A DNA stretch of 64,000 nucleotides from Dimorphilus gyrociliatus (taxonomy: Eukaryota > Animalia > Annelida), in the NCBI GenBank assembly GCA_904063045.1, contig CAJFCJ010000002.1:1696422-1760421 (forward strand), in the 5' to 3' direction. Positions 1 to 13,600 of this stretch are shown in pieces. A program made the position numbers and the translations under genes. Numbering within the stretch: position 1 is the stretch's first letter; every line of letters begins with the position of its first letter. The notes below the pieces were generated by a model, which saw nothing but the letters and a program-made list of their open reading frames with translations, was not told the DNA's origin and did not search any database.

Positions 1-3000
1 TGGTTCATCTAATTGTTCAATTGATTCTTTCGAAAACGGATTATATGTGATATCTTGTTTATTCATAAAGTCCGGTCTTAGCACATAACCGCATTTTCCA
101 TTTCGTCTAAAGAATCCTTCATTTAATTGAAGATTTTTATCACCAGTTTGATAATTTAGTGAAACTAATTGACATCCACACAACCAAGACCACATTGGAT
201 TAAAGTTAGACGAGTCAAATCTATTTCCTCTTGGATAAATTCTTGATAATTGTGATTTATTAAAGTTTAAAAGTTTTAGGCAATTTTCTTCATTACACTT
301 ATTACCTTTATAAGATATATAGCTATCAATTTTTGATTCAGATATGGAGCACAACTCTTTATGGTTTGCCATGTTATTGCAAGATTTCTCTATCGATTTC
401 TCAAAAGACGCCGTTCTGCAATATACAATCAAATCTGACAACTCTTTGGCTACATTCAATTTTTTCTGCGTCCTCAATTGATAACCGATAGCACTCTTGA
501 CACGTTTCTGGCATTCTTCTATTTTTGTGCACCATTCAGTTTTCTCTGTCTCATTTTGAGCTCTAAAACGAACTTCAAAATTATTTTGATTTACTGCGAA
601 TCTGTAGACGTTTCCCTTAACTTTACTAGTTTGTATTACAAATTCACAAGGATAAGAACCAGCATCCTTAACTGGCTTAATAATGTCTGATAAATCAAAT
701 TCTCCCCTGGAGCTTTCAGTCTCCATTTCTTGCTCTTCACTATCCTCATCTTCGACTTCTTTAACATAACTATGTGGAAATAACTTTTGAATTTGACCCC
801 GTAAGTCTCCCTTCCAATATCCATTATCTGTCTCGTCCTTTACAACATTTTCAATTATGTCGTCTTTTTCGAAGGTCAATTCGTCAGGTAATTGACCAGT
901 GTATGGAAAGAGGGCAACGACTTTTTGAGAATAATCCTACGTAAACAATGATAATTATTTTATCACAAGTAAACATAGAGAAATTAATTTTCTAACCGAA
1001 ATGTTCACTTCATCGAGATCTAGATAGTTTCTTGGTACTTGATAGATAGAATATAAATCTGGTTCCTAGAAATATGAGTACCAAGAGAATATATGAATTT
1101 AAATATTTATAAGTAAATTTTATTAAATTAGCAAACTCACTCCTCCGATTTCGTCCAGTAGAGTTTGTGTTACTGGCTCAGTAAGTTTTGTGCCTCTATA
1201 TAATTTGTTCTTCTTGTAATAATCGACTAGCGACGTTAACTTTGTAAAGCTTTGATTTCCAATCTATATAAAAACATATAAATACATATACTGTATATAA
1301 GAGTTTTCGCAAAGAATACGTGTCATATATATTAATCTATTCATACATTTTATATAAGCATAAAGTTTTATATGAATAAAATATGATTTATTGAGAAAAA
1401 GCTGAAAATGTAGACACTTAGTATTTTATGCACGACTACTCACATGAAATAGCTCTCCTTCATAAATAATTTTGCAGTGACGAACTCTTCTTGATGTTCT
1501 AAAGGATAATGTAAATTTCTCCAAGTCTATGTTAGGATGTTTTGTGATGTTTCTTATTAGAAATACGCCATCTTTACGAATTCGGGACAAGTCATGTTCT
1601 GCAACCTTTCGGTTCATACCAGCTTTAAACCATCTGTATAAATAATCATAAATAAGTAATTAAGCAATTTACTAGCTTTATTTAAAATTACGGTTGAAAG
1701 AAAAAATTCATTTTAGCTGGTACAGGATTTGTTAAGGTTTGATGAAAGTTGGCAGTTTTTAGAGGTTTTGTTCTATAATGGTGGACAAGTTCTTGAAGAC
1801 TATCGAATTTGTGGCTGTGCGTCAAGTAAAATTGACTATTTTCACTTCTTTTTATAATACAATGATGTTTATCAGTTCCTCTCAGAAATGATAAGGCAAA
1901 CTGTCCACGAAATTTGTCAGAGCAACGAACGAGAAACGTTCCGTCCTGAGGACTTACAGAATTAGAAATAAGGTCTTCAGCGCCTCTTCTAGATAATTCG
2001 GGATAGAACCACTCCTCGTTTTCTAAAGCGTCCATTACTGAGTTTTCTTCTGATGTCTCCTCATCAGTGAAAGAAAAACTATCTTCATCAGGTTCTACGT
2101 GTTCAATCATTTCTAAAGTTTTCCGTTTTAGTATTACAGTATGTTTAAACCAATTCTTTAGTAAAAAAGAATAAATTAGCATATTTATTAGGTCGAGGAA
2201 GAAAAAAACTGTTTACTTGTCTTTCCGGATCGTGTATTTCGAGTTTGCCGCATTTGTAAATATCATCCGTTAGATCAAACTCAACAAAAGCATCCGGTTG
2301 AGAATCTTCTGGCAGCTTTTTATGCTGTTTTTTACAAAGAGAAAATTAGCTATCGGTAAGAGGAAAATAATAGTCTAGGAAAGAATAATTGTTACTTTCA
2401 ACAAAATCTTTCTACGTAATTGTTCTGGAGATGGCATCAAATGAGGATATTTTGTATGATCAACAGGCTCGGTTAATAGTAAATCTCCAAATATTTCTTT
2501 AAATTTCTTTGCCATGTTTTTTTGTCTTTGTAAATTACAATGATTTTCAATAGATATTATAACCGGGTAATCAGATGTCTCGAAAGCGTGATTTTTTATA
2601 GTTGTGATAACGTCCTCAAATTTAATTTTGGTTGTGAGCGTTCGACCATGAGTTATTATTGGATAAGGATCCTGTGCAGCCCCATCCCAGCAATCGATTT
2701 CTATGCATCTGCAACCCGTTCTTAACGCTCTGGCGTACGCTTCACAAGATGATTCACTCTGTAATTGATCTCCTAACAAATAGGTATTATGTGAAGAGGC
2801 TATCCAGTAGTGATTTAGAGGCTGGGTCATATCTTGTTGAGGAGCGTTTATATCCCAAATAGTGTTTAGCTTGGAAAAGAGATATGTTACAAATTCTTGT
2901 TCGTTAAATTCTAGCTTTGTATTCATATTTTCTCCTAGAGTACTCATCATTATTTGTCTTACATGTGAGTTTACGTCTCTTAGTGAAATATTCTGTAAGT

Positions 3001-3969
3001 CTTTTTGAACCTCTTTTAAAATGTGTAAAAATTCACACTCTGCCATTTTATGATATTTGAATGTTGCTTTTATTTTCTCCTTATCAGTTATGTCTTCATT
3101 GAAAACAATTTTCTCATAAAATGTTCTGAAAGTTTTCAAATCAAAACAGTCTAATCTAAAGTTTCTATGCATCTCTCCTAAATTACGATGAGGAACCTTA
3201 AAGTGAATGCTAGTTAACCATTGCTTTAGCTCTTTCAAATTTAAACGCCTTTAACCAAATATGAAAACATGATATTCAATGTCAAGAAGTTTTATAATTT
3301 AAATATAACTTACTTTGCACTACAAACAGGGATTAAGCGAGAATATTCCTTTTTAACAAAACTACAAAGGGAGAAATATGGTAAAGCTACAATCAAATAG
3401 GGTAAGTATTAGTTTACCATTCAATCTCTTTATGCCCCGATAGTTGGCGTGACAATTCGCGTAAGTACAGTAGAGCCTTAAGTAACAAGGAAGAATCATT
3501 TCTTTTTGTTTCTGATAAAATGACATAAGCGATTAGTTATATTAAATGATGAAAAAATAAATCTTCCTCTTTACCAGATAATGAAAGAGTTTGGAGTTTA
3601 AAATTAACACCATGGTATATAGTTATACACTGTTCTTCTGTCGCGTCACAGAAATCAAAATTTTTATGTTGTTTTCCTGGTCGAACTTCCTCAATTCGCT
3701 TCAAATCTATTAATCCGTTCAAATTGTAAATCAAAGGGCGAAGGTTTTTAAAACTTTTACTACAAACCTATTCGAAAATCTCCTTTACCCACCAATTTTT
3801 TACAAATAAGTTGACATGTTTCTAAATCCGTCAATATAGATAGACGTTCTGGCTTTTTTTTCCCTTCGTGTTTAATAAATTGACAGTCGTTTCTTTCAAA
3901 AATATTTTGCAAAGCAACTGGTTCATTCATACTTGTTTTTCCAACTTTTAAATTTGTACGACATTTCAT
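1..3969 (-). CDS. PLCG1: Phospholipase C gamma, multi-exon, 3' end runs off the window start
   Basis: In order on the minus strand: PH domain ([13 protein letters not shown]...FKLQTLSL), X box ([27 protein letters not shown]), split PH, two SH2 domains (GTFLVR; GVFLIR), SH3 ([17 protein letters not shown]...YWKG) and Y box (ELSDLIVYC; [18 protein letters not shown]; LNYQT) in an exon from ~938 to 1. Exact start codon uncertain. Confidence 0.95.
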
Positions 3970-5225
3970 TTCGAGTTCACCATCGTATAGCAATAAATGA
4001 AGATAACGTGTACTGCTGAGATATGTAACGTCTTCATATCAGATGCGGCAGTTTTAAGCCAGTTATATTTACTACACTCCTTCTTCCTGCCGGATGCAGG
4101 CAGCGCCCTCAGTCAGACAAATAAAACAATTCAACGAAAAAGAATTCTCTATAGACTAAATTCTCATCCGTTAATGTTTACTGTTTTTTTTTCACATTAA
4201 TATACTATTATTTTAATTGTACTCAATTGTAAAAATGGAACTTAAGGGGTAGGGTTACGGGCAATAACCTATTGTTATAATGTTTAAAGGAAACCAACTA
4301 CATTAGAATGACTAGCATGCTTTGTACTCAATTTATCGTATCTTATAAATTATCTGATAAAAAGAATATTTAAACATTGACAAAAAAGCTGTTTGAAAAA
4401 AGAAAATTACTTTGTTTTACAAAATACTACTTCATAAGCTTTAGACGGTATATTTCAAAGAGATAAGGAAAATGTTAAAAATATTTATCTTTAAGATAAA
4501 TTTTAACTTCTTTTTACATTTTTGAAAAGGCTAATGCCGGAATTCTATTGTTGAACATTATATTCCTCTTTCTTAAACTATTATAATAGGAAGTAAATAG
4601 TTTAAGGTTTAGCTCATAGTTTCTCCACAAAAATTACAATTTCAGCAGTCCTTGAATTGTCCCCATTATGATATTTTTTAAATATGAAATATTGGTTATT
4701 ATTTCTTGTTTTTTGTTATATAGAAAATAAATGCTCAGGTGGAATGTACAAGCTATTTTTATATTTTATTATCCAGTATTTTATCATTAGAACATGATAA
4801 TTAAATAGTTTAATTATGTGGTTAAATAAATATATTTATTTATATTCATTATTAATCAAACTTTATAACATCCCTAATGTCATAAACAGCAAATTGTATA
4901 GCTACTCAATAGTATAGGCTGAAACAGAGCAAATCATCAAAAGTAAGTTGCGTGCAGTATTTAGTAATATCAGGTCAAGGTCATCTTTTCGCTATATTTC
5001 CTCTGTTTAAATTACAAATATCTGAAAACGCTTATTATATTGATGTTTATGTAAAGAATAAATTATCCACAGGAATTATTTCCAGTTTCCTTTTACATCG
5101 AAATAGTAAAGGATACTTTTTATTTGAAAAACTTATATTATTTTAAAGAAACAAGTATTGACTTGCCCGGTATCTCTGGAGGATTATTTTTCTTCGAAAA
5201 AACACAAATTACTTGAAATATTGTC

Positions 5226-7526
5226 ATGAATAGCGTGGAAAAATTATTTAGTAAACCTTTGAAAGTTCGTCTAAAAACATACGACGGTATCGATAAGTAA
5301 GAATTGTAAGATTTTTCGCTTAATCTATTATTGTAATAATCTTCAATTTCCAGGTGTTTACCTATTCAAATCGAGGTGGAAAATAATCAAATAACCACAC
5401 CTCTTCACAAAAAAGAAATTGTTGTTAGATTAACTGATGACAGCAATTTATATTTTCTATATAATTTATCTTTGGGAGAAGAAGATTTTCAAGTGTAAGA
5501 AATAGAATTACATTATATGCATATGCAAATACATAATATGTATACTAATATTATTTTAGATTGAAATCTCAGCAAGGGCTTTTAATAGATTTTATGGCAT
5601 TTCCAAAAAAATTCATAGGCTTACTGGGAATGTGCAGAGAGGAAGAATCGAAAGAGATTCCAAAGTAATAATACTCTTTGACCATATAAATAATAGTTGT
5701 TTCTATTCAATAATTATTCAAATTTTCGTATTTAATAGATTTATATTAGAATTACACACAACCTCGTCCACTGCAACTCTCTGTGTTACTGAAACGAATG
5801 AATTTAAGCATTTAACGCATTTATCATTAAAATTTCTACCTGCTACTGAGACTCAGTTGAATAAGCATTTGGCAAGTCTTGTTCAAGATCTGAGAGAAAA
5901 ATATTCAACGGATAAAGAACGCTTGGATGTAACTGTGGCCAGATTGGAAAAGGAATTAACTTCAACAAATCAGAGCTTACAGTTAAAATCAAGAGAATTT
6001 GAAGACTTACGTGCCGAATGGAGTATGAAAAGTGCAGACTTAACGGCGAAGAAAGCCGAGGAAATAAGTTTAGAACGTGAAAAGGCTTTACAAACACAGG
6101 TTAGCGTGCAGCAGCGCTTTGATAGGGAAAAAAAGGAATTGGAGCAAGCTCATATGAATATTGTAAAGGAATTTGAAATCAAAATAAGAAATTTACAAGC
6201 AGCTGTTCAAGAACAAAGTGAGAAGCGTTTCGACGCTGAAAATGCGAATAAAGAATTAAGAATTAAGTATAATGCTCTAGAATCATCAGAAAAGCAACTA
6301 AGCAATGAGGTGAGAGGCAAATATATTCTATTATATACAGAACTTATTAAATGACATACAATATTTACAATCATTTTTTTTTCTGTATTTTCTATTCTCA
6401 GCTCTCGCAACTCAGACTCAATCATTCCTCTCTATCATCCGTTAAATGTGAAACTGAGAAGACTATTAGAGATTTACAAACCAGAATTTCCTCTCTTGAG
6501 GATGAATTAAAAGATAAAATAGCGACTGTAAATAAATTAAATGATGCTGTTGAAGCAAAGGAAACTCAAAACAAAAAAGTCGAGGATGATTTGGATTTGA
6601 AAACTCAAAAAAATTCCAAGTTGGAGAGTAGCGTTAAAACATTATCAAGCGAAATGATTAAAGCTAATGAAATTATTAAGAAACTACAAAATGAGGTGAA
6701 AAGCTATCATTCTAAGCTGAAACTCAGGACTCAGGTGTCTAGCGAGCAAGAAAAGCTACTATCTGAAAAAGGTCGTCAATTAGATGAAGTCCGTAAAGAA
6801 GAGGAAAATTTGAAAGTTCGTTTAGAAAAGAGAGAGATGGATATAAAGAAGTTGAAAGATTCTATGGAAAATTTGGAGGAAAAGTTATCAAAGAGTACTG
6901 AGCAGAATAAAACTAATGAGAACGGTAAATTCATTTAGCATCATTGTACAATCAATTATAATAGACTTCTAGCTTTAGGCTCTATTCGGTCTATAAATCA
7001 CATTTTTTTCCTTTAAAATTTGCTTATAGAAAATCTCCTTATAAAGAAATCTAATTATTTATTTCCTTCCTCCAGTTATTCAATGGCTAAATAAACAAAT
7101 AACGGATATGCAGCTAGGAAAATCTGCAATTTCTACAATAGGTACATTGGATTATTCGTCATCAACAAAAAATAGTGTTGGATATCGTCAAACTCCTATT
7201 TTACATAAACCTCAAACTACTGTCTCTTTTGCACCAATTAGCACAGCACCACCTTTACCTACGTCTTCCTATTTACAAAACCCGTATCCTCTTCAAAGCA
7301 AAACAGAAAATTTTCATAATACTGTCTCAAGTCACCAACGAGCTAACGTTCCAAGGTTAATAAACATTTTCTTAATTTAATATTAATTTCATAATTTATT
7401 TTTTATAGACCAGTATCAAATAATGGATTAGATAGTAAATATCTACAAAAAACGAATGAAGCTGAAACTAAAATATCCAGTAGTGCAAGAGCACCATTAG
7501 CTTCTGCCTATTTTCCAAGTAAATAG
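5226..7526 (+). CDS. SASS6: Spindle assembly abnormal protein 6 (centriole cartwheel protein), multi-exon
   Basis: Head domain motifs VRLTDD...[25 protein letters not shown] and [15 protein letters not shown], followed by a long coiled coil (ORFs 5632-6354, 6351-6938) and a C-terminal SAYFP. ATG 5226, stop TAG 7524-7526; phases checked for the first exons. Confidence 0.93.
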
Positions 7527-7645
7527 GAGAAAAAAGAGACTATTTGTATTTACAGCTATTATTTTGATTTTAACATTTCAATAAAGAATTTTGTATCATC
7601 TCTCCAAAAAAAAAACTTTAGCTTATTTTGAAATTTATTACCAGA

Positions 7646-7678
7646 GGAAGTGACGTTAGTATCATTTAAAAAATGGCG
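7646..7678 (+). promoter_or_regulatory. ETS-like (GGAAGTGACG) and YY1-like (AAAATGGCG) promoter motifs upstream of the TBC gene
   Basis: GGAAGTGACG at 7646-7655 and AAAATGGCG at 7670-7678, just before the first apparent exon of the TBC gene. Motif match only. Confidence 0.4.
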
Positions 7679-7840
7679 CTTTTTCGTCTGCTAGTGATTC
7701 ATTTTATGCATTTCAAAATCGATGACTAAACCAATAACTGGCATTTGAAAGTGAACCATTGGTAAGTTCGACGTATTTTTTAATTTTTAATTATAGGGTT
7801 TGCTTAAAATGGCTCTTTCCGTTAAAAGACGTTTACAAGA

Positions 7841-9515
7841 ATGAGGAAAATGTAACTTAAAAGAAATCGTGATAAATTTTGTATTGTACGTATGTATCAT
7901 ACATAATAAAATATAGGATATCTATACATTTCTATATCAATAGGTGGTTTTTTTTATAAAATTGTAAGTTGAGCTACTGTTTATCAGTAGATACGCCCAT
8001 ATGTGGCAAAACTCAATCATAGTAGACTGTTAATGAGGATAAAAATTGCATAGAATCTTCGACTTTTATATAGCTTATAGTTAGCTATCTATGTCAAATT
8101 TTCGTATTCAAAATAATAGCTTCAAAATGCAACTGCGAGACTAATATCCTCTTGTTAGCAGTGTACAATAGCTTTAAAATTCTTCTTGAATATTAATCGC
8201 ATTAACTTGTTTGAACCGGCTATCAATTAAATTTTCATCCTTCTAATATTTGTATACATAATATATAACTATACAATTATAGTTTACAGTATATAAAAAA
8301 TATTTAAACATTGTTCCAGAATGTGATAAGTTTGTATGCTATAGAAAAGATATTTCAATAGTCTTTTAACTAAAGTTAGCTTCCCTCTTTAAAGCCACAT
8401 GGCTTAAATGCTGAATCATCAATCTTTTCATTTGACTATTGATTAATTGTAAGCAGCTGCCTCTATTTGAGTGTTAAGAAGATATTAAAACGAAATATAT
8501 ATTTTAAAACATGATATTTTCATTCAGATTTAAAGGTATGACGAACATTGACGACAATTACGGATTTGCCTGCTCAAAAGATTTTCAAGATTTTTACGAA
8601 GAGTATAAAACAGTATTAGCAAAAAGACAAGGAAGATGGGAGACGAATATATTGAATGATGATAAAGCAAAAAGTGAGAAAATATTAAAAAGATTTGTAC
8701 GAAAAGGTATTCCTCCTGAAATTCGAAAGGAGTATTGGCTCAAGATATCTGGAGCTGAAGATCAACAAAAGGAACATCCGAACGGTTATTCTACTTGGAA
8801 ACAAGAGGAGAAAGATTCAAAATTGCAAATTGAAGTTGATAAGGACTTAGAGAGAACGTATCCTGAAAATAAATACTTTCGAAACGGTAACCAAGAAGAA
8901 TTCCTAGGAAAATTAAAGAACGTCCTCCTTGTTCTTGGACATCGAAACCCAGATATTGGATATTGTCAAGGTTTTAATTTCGTTGCGGCAAATCTTTTGC
9001 TAACAGTTGGAGATGAAGAGAAAGTCTATTGGCTTATGCAATGTCTCATCGATAAAATTCTTCCAAAAGATTACTATGCGAAAGATATGCTTGCTCTTCA
9101 AGTAGAACAGCAAGTTTTATCGACACTTGTTCTTAAAAAAATGCCTAAAATAGGTAAGCATCTCCAAAGATTTGACATCAATTATGCATTGTTTTCAACC
9201 AAGTGGTTTATTTGTTTGTTTTGCGATGTTTTACCAATCGAAACAGCGAATCGAGTTTTTGATTGTCTATTTAACGAAGGAAATAAAATTCTTGTTAGGG
9301 TAGGCTTAGCACTTGTAAAACTTCTTGGACCAGACCTACTAAAAGCTGATAGTTTTCCTGATGTCATTAGCCAATTCAAAAAGGTTGAAGATGATAAAAG
9401 ATCATTAAATTGTCATGAATTTATGATTGCTGTATTCAAAGATTCTGGATCTTTATCGAAAAAGGACTTAGAGAAATTAAGACTAGAATGTCTAAAAACA
9501 GTGGGCGGTTCTTAA
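7841..9515 (+). CDS. GRTP1: TBC-domain Rab-GAP, GRTP1/TBC1D6-like
   Basis: KRFVRKGIPPEIRKEYWLKISGA, Arg finger (IEVDKDLERTYP) and Gln finger (YCQGFNF). Main exon 8528-9515. Start is either ATG 8538 or ATG 7841, spliced in phase 2 (AT|gt at 7852 to cag|A at 8528). Confidence 0.85.
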
Positions 9516-10660
9516 GAATTAAACAACACAAAATTCTATTAGTGTTGTTTATATAGTCCTATGGTTCCATTTTTTTTTTAAAAAAAAATGGAATTGTAAA
9601 AGTAATATTAGAAAAAAAGTATTTTACAAAAGGTATCTTTTTTTTTTTTGTTTTATTTTTTGTTTTTTTTTTTGTTTGTTTTGAGGATTTAAATTTTAGC
9701 ATAAACAAAAAAATATAGAATACTCTGCTTATCTATAAAGCCGAATGATAAATTAAGAAGAAAAAAAAAACATTATCTCTGCATATCTTAATGTTTTTTT
9801 CCTTATCACTAAATCAATATTATTAGTCAGTGGCGAAAATAATTTTACCTTGTTTTTCATATTACATCTCTAAATTGTTGCAGTTAAATAGTCATTATTA
9901 TAGATTGTTATTAACGAATATCCAGATTTTATCGAGCAATCAATAAAAATATTCAAAAAATTTCATATAACACTCGAAAAAAAGAAATGTTACTCTTTTC
10001 TCTTTATCTAATCGATATAGAATACTCGACCACTAGATTAATCTTAGCAGTAGCCAGACTGAAGACTAGTCCCAAAAAGGAAATCTTTAATCAAGATTTT
10101 CTTCGTGATTCTTTGCTGGATCACGTAATCGACGCTTTTTTATTGCAGCGTCAGCAGAACGTCTTAGGACTTGTTTGATTACTTGTTATATACTTGAAAA
10201 TTGAATTACTATAGACTATCGTTATTGTAAATTTATGTTGCGGTGAATTCGGAATTAGATGTTCTATCGAATTTTTTTTTACAGTATTAAATATGTTGCA
10301 GAAAGTCTTTTTTATAGATCGGTTTAGAAAGCCTAGAAATATTGATATATCTGCACTTTTCTGACACGTTCTTGGACGTGTTTTCTAATAAACAATATAT
10401 GAAAGCTTCTTCTTTATTTGATAGTTTTTATACACATGCAGCATATGCTTATTAAAGCTTTGCCAGTCGATTGATTTGTTCAACTTAATAGGATGGTAGA
10501 TATGCATATATTCTTACTTCAACACTTAACAATACAATATTTTCACAAGTAAGTTATTTATATGGGATTTTACAGAAAAGCTTACAATCATGAGCAAATA
10601 CACTTTTAAAGCACAACAAATAACGTGAATAATTTCAAAAACAAGTATAAAATATATTGG

Positions 10661-13600
10661 TTAGGTAGAATGAAAGACCTGCCAAACGATTAAATTACTT
10701 CTTTCATGTTTTGGATCTTCCATCTCTTCGGCTTCTTCCAAACGAAAATCAATATAGCCCTCACCGCCAGATAAGACTAGTTCGTTCTTTTTCGATTTCT
10801 TTGCTGGACTAGACGTTGATGAAGTAGTGACTCTTTGACCTATTACAGGGTAGAATAAGTTAAAAAAAGGCATATAGATGAAAAAGAGATTCACAAGATT
10901 TAGTACCTGGAACGTTGATTAAGAAGACTACTCTATCTTTATGTCCGTGAAAGCTCACTTGAGACTGTGCCATACTGCAATATGGTATAAGATTAGCTGA
11001 CGAGAAGGAGTCAGGCTTAGCATCTCCATATAGTCTAACAACACCGCCAGGAGTAGTTGCGGTTGAACCGCTAGTGAGAACCTTGTGTTGTTGATGCTGA
11101 TCCGACAGGGGAATAGAGACGACAACACCGTTCCCAGTACCAACCCATAATCTCTTACTGGCAAGAAGAAGAGCTGTTATCCTTACAAAAGAAAATCCGA
11201 GCCTACCACTTCCGAGCATCATTTCAACGTAAGGCTCCATATCAATATCTTGCAGATGATGATGCGTGTGGGAATGAAATAGTCTTAAAGTAGAATCTAG
11301 TTTAATAGATATCCAAACACCATTTCCGTATTGTGTCATTTGTCTTATTTGACTTTCTTTTCTCGGATGAACCTCGAATATATTTATTATTTCTAAAGTA
11401 TTGGAATCAATAACCAAAACGTTATTTTTATAGCCACACCACAAAGCCAATCCATTATTAATACTTAACAAACATCTCACAGCCGAACTTGACTTTCCAA
11501 CATCGATTAAATGATAATTCTTCGTATTCCAACATCCATCTAAATCTCGTCGAAATACTGCTATTAAACCATTCGCTAAAGCGACAAATACTCTGCCTTT
11601 TGCGTACGATATCTGAACGACTGAATCGTCAAATTTTATAGAAAATAGGCATTTCCCCCACTTTTTAATTGAGGAATAAACACGAACTCGCCCATCGGCA
11701 AATCCTAACCACATAGTCGGTAAACGACCCAGAGAGGAATCGTCTTTTTCATTAATAATATTAAGGGAGAAAGCCGTCTCGCTTTGAGCTGAATCTTTGT
11801 CTTCATCGTCTTGTTTTCAAAAAAGGGGCGAAAATTTAATTTGCTTGTATTTTAAAAGAGTAAAGTAAGGTAATACCTATACTCAAGTTTAAAACATCAA
11901 TAGCCTTTTTAATAGTCTGTAATACAACCTCTTGCTCGGACGAATCTACAACCAAAATATCAATTGTAAACAAAGCCAAGTAAAGAAAATAACAAGATTA
12001 AACCCAATTACAAACCATTATCGTTTTCCCTTTCAAAGGAGTCTTCTGCTTGTTCAGATGGAAAATTAATAAGTGTTATATTACCAGTTTTCCTTTTACT
12101 AGGCGAAGGTGACAAATTAGTTGATGTTTCGGCTGAAGTTTCGTTCACCTTTATACTTTCAAAAGAAGAATAATCGGTAGGTAAAGTTCCTGCAATAATT
12201 ATGCAATTCTTCGATTTATATTTCTTTTAAAATAGACGTTATCTAACCTGGAATGCTAGTAATGCAAATTGCTTGAGAATCAACGCTAGCTTGAAAGGTT
12301 TTAACCACTTCGGAAGGTTTGTTAGCGTCGATTATTCGAATGAAACTTCCTTTACCATTATACGTTGCAATCCAAACTAATGACGATAGTTGTTGAAGTT
12401 TCTCGCAATAATCGCTATGATTTTTAATAGCCTTATTTATATTATTTAGCTCTTCTTTTGATTCGTTTCCTGCTATTTTTAGGGTTGTAGCAGAATGCTC
12501 TGATTGGTCAGTATACACTTTGGCTCCACCGCCAAGTTTTACAGGCTCTGAACAAGAAATTTTTGAACACGTATCTTCCTCACTAAGACCGCCATAATAG
12601 ATAGGATAAGGCACGGAAATTGGACCCTTGCCTCCACCCGCTTGACCTTTGATCGAAACATTTTCTTTAGGACTGGTTTTCTTATTTGCAAGAGACCAGC
12701 CGTAAGCCTGCATTCGGCCATCGTCTTTTTTCTCAAGTACTCTTAACCTCCTAAAATGTTCAGTCTGAGATTTGGAAGACGAGTCGTCCTTAAGGAATTC
12801 AACGGACTTATTTTCAGACGGCTGGTCCACCGATTCGCCTTCAATTCTAACAGAATGACCAACGTGCTTGGGAGAAGGAAATTGACTCGGAAATTGAACA
12901 GAAGACTGAGGTTTGGCCGAAAACAATCCACCAAATCTGTATAAAGGGAAGAAGAACTATAGGAAAATTCTCGAAAGAAAAACGATTAATTCCAAATGCC
13001 AAAAGCTCGAAAAAATCTACTAATTTGAACGATTTAATATTCATATAATTTTTTTTTAGATAAAGATGCTTTTTTTTATTGTTTTTCTTTTATTTTCCTC
13101 TTATTAGGATTAAAAAAAGATTAGTTTAAAGCCCACAAAAATAAGCATTATTTCAAAAGTAAGCACTGAAAAAAGCTCTTTAAAAGTAAGCATATTTTGT
13201 TTTATCACAAATACCCGTTCATTATTATATTTACAATTATTCATTCTGTGCTGTTAGTAATAAACTAAATAAAATTGAACAAATAGTAGAGGCGCTTTTT
13301 TTCAATATATTATATAAATTAACTTCAAAATTATTAATTCAATTAATTAAAAAATACTTTAATTGAGACTTTCTTCGTGAAGATGATTAGAAAAAAAGAA
13401 AAAAAAAGCACCACGTTGAAAATATTACAACTTTTCTTTTTTTGTTTTTATCTTTCTCTCAAATATTTTATCATCAGTATTCACATTTTAACCATTCACT
13501 ATCTCCTAAACGAATATTTAACAAATTATAATAGATAACAATAACAGTAACAACATACAGTATTTGTTGCATTTTTAAATGTTAATAAAAATACCACAAA

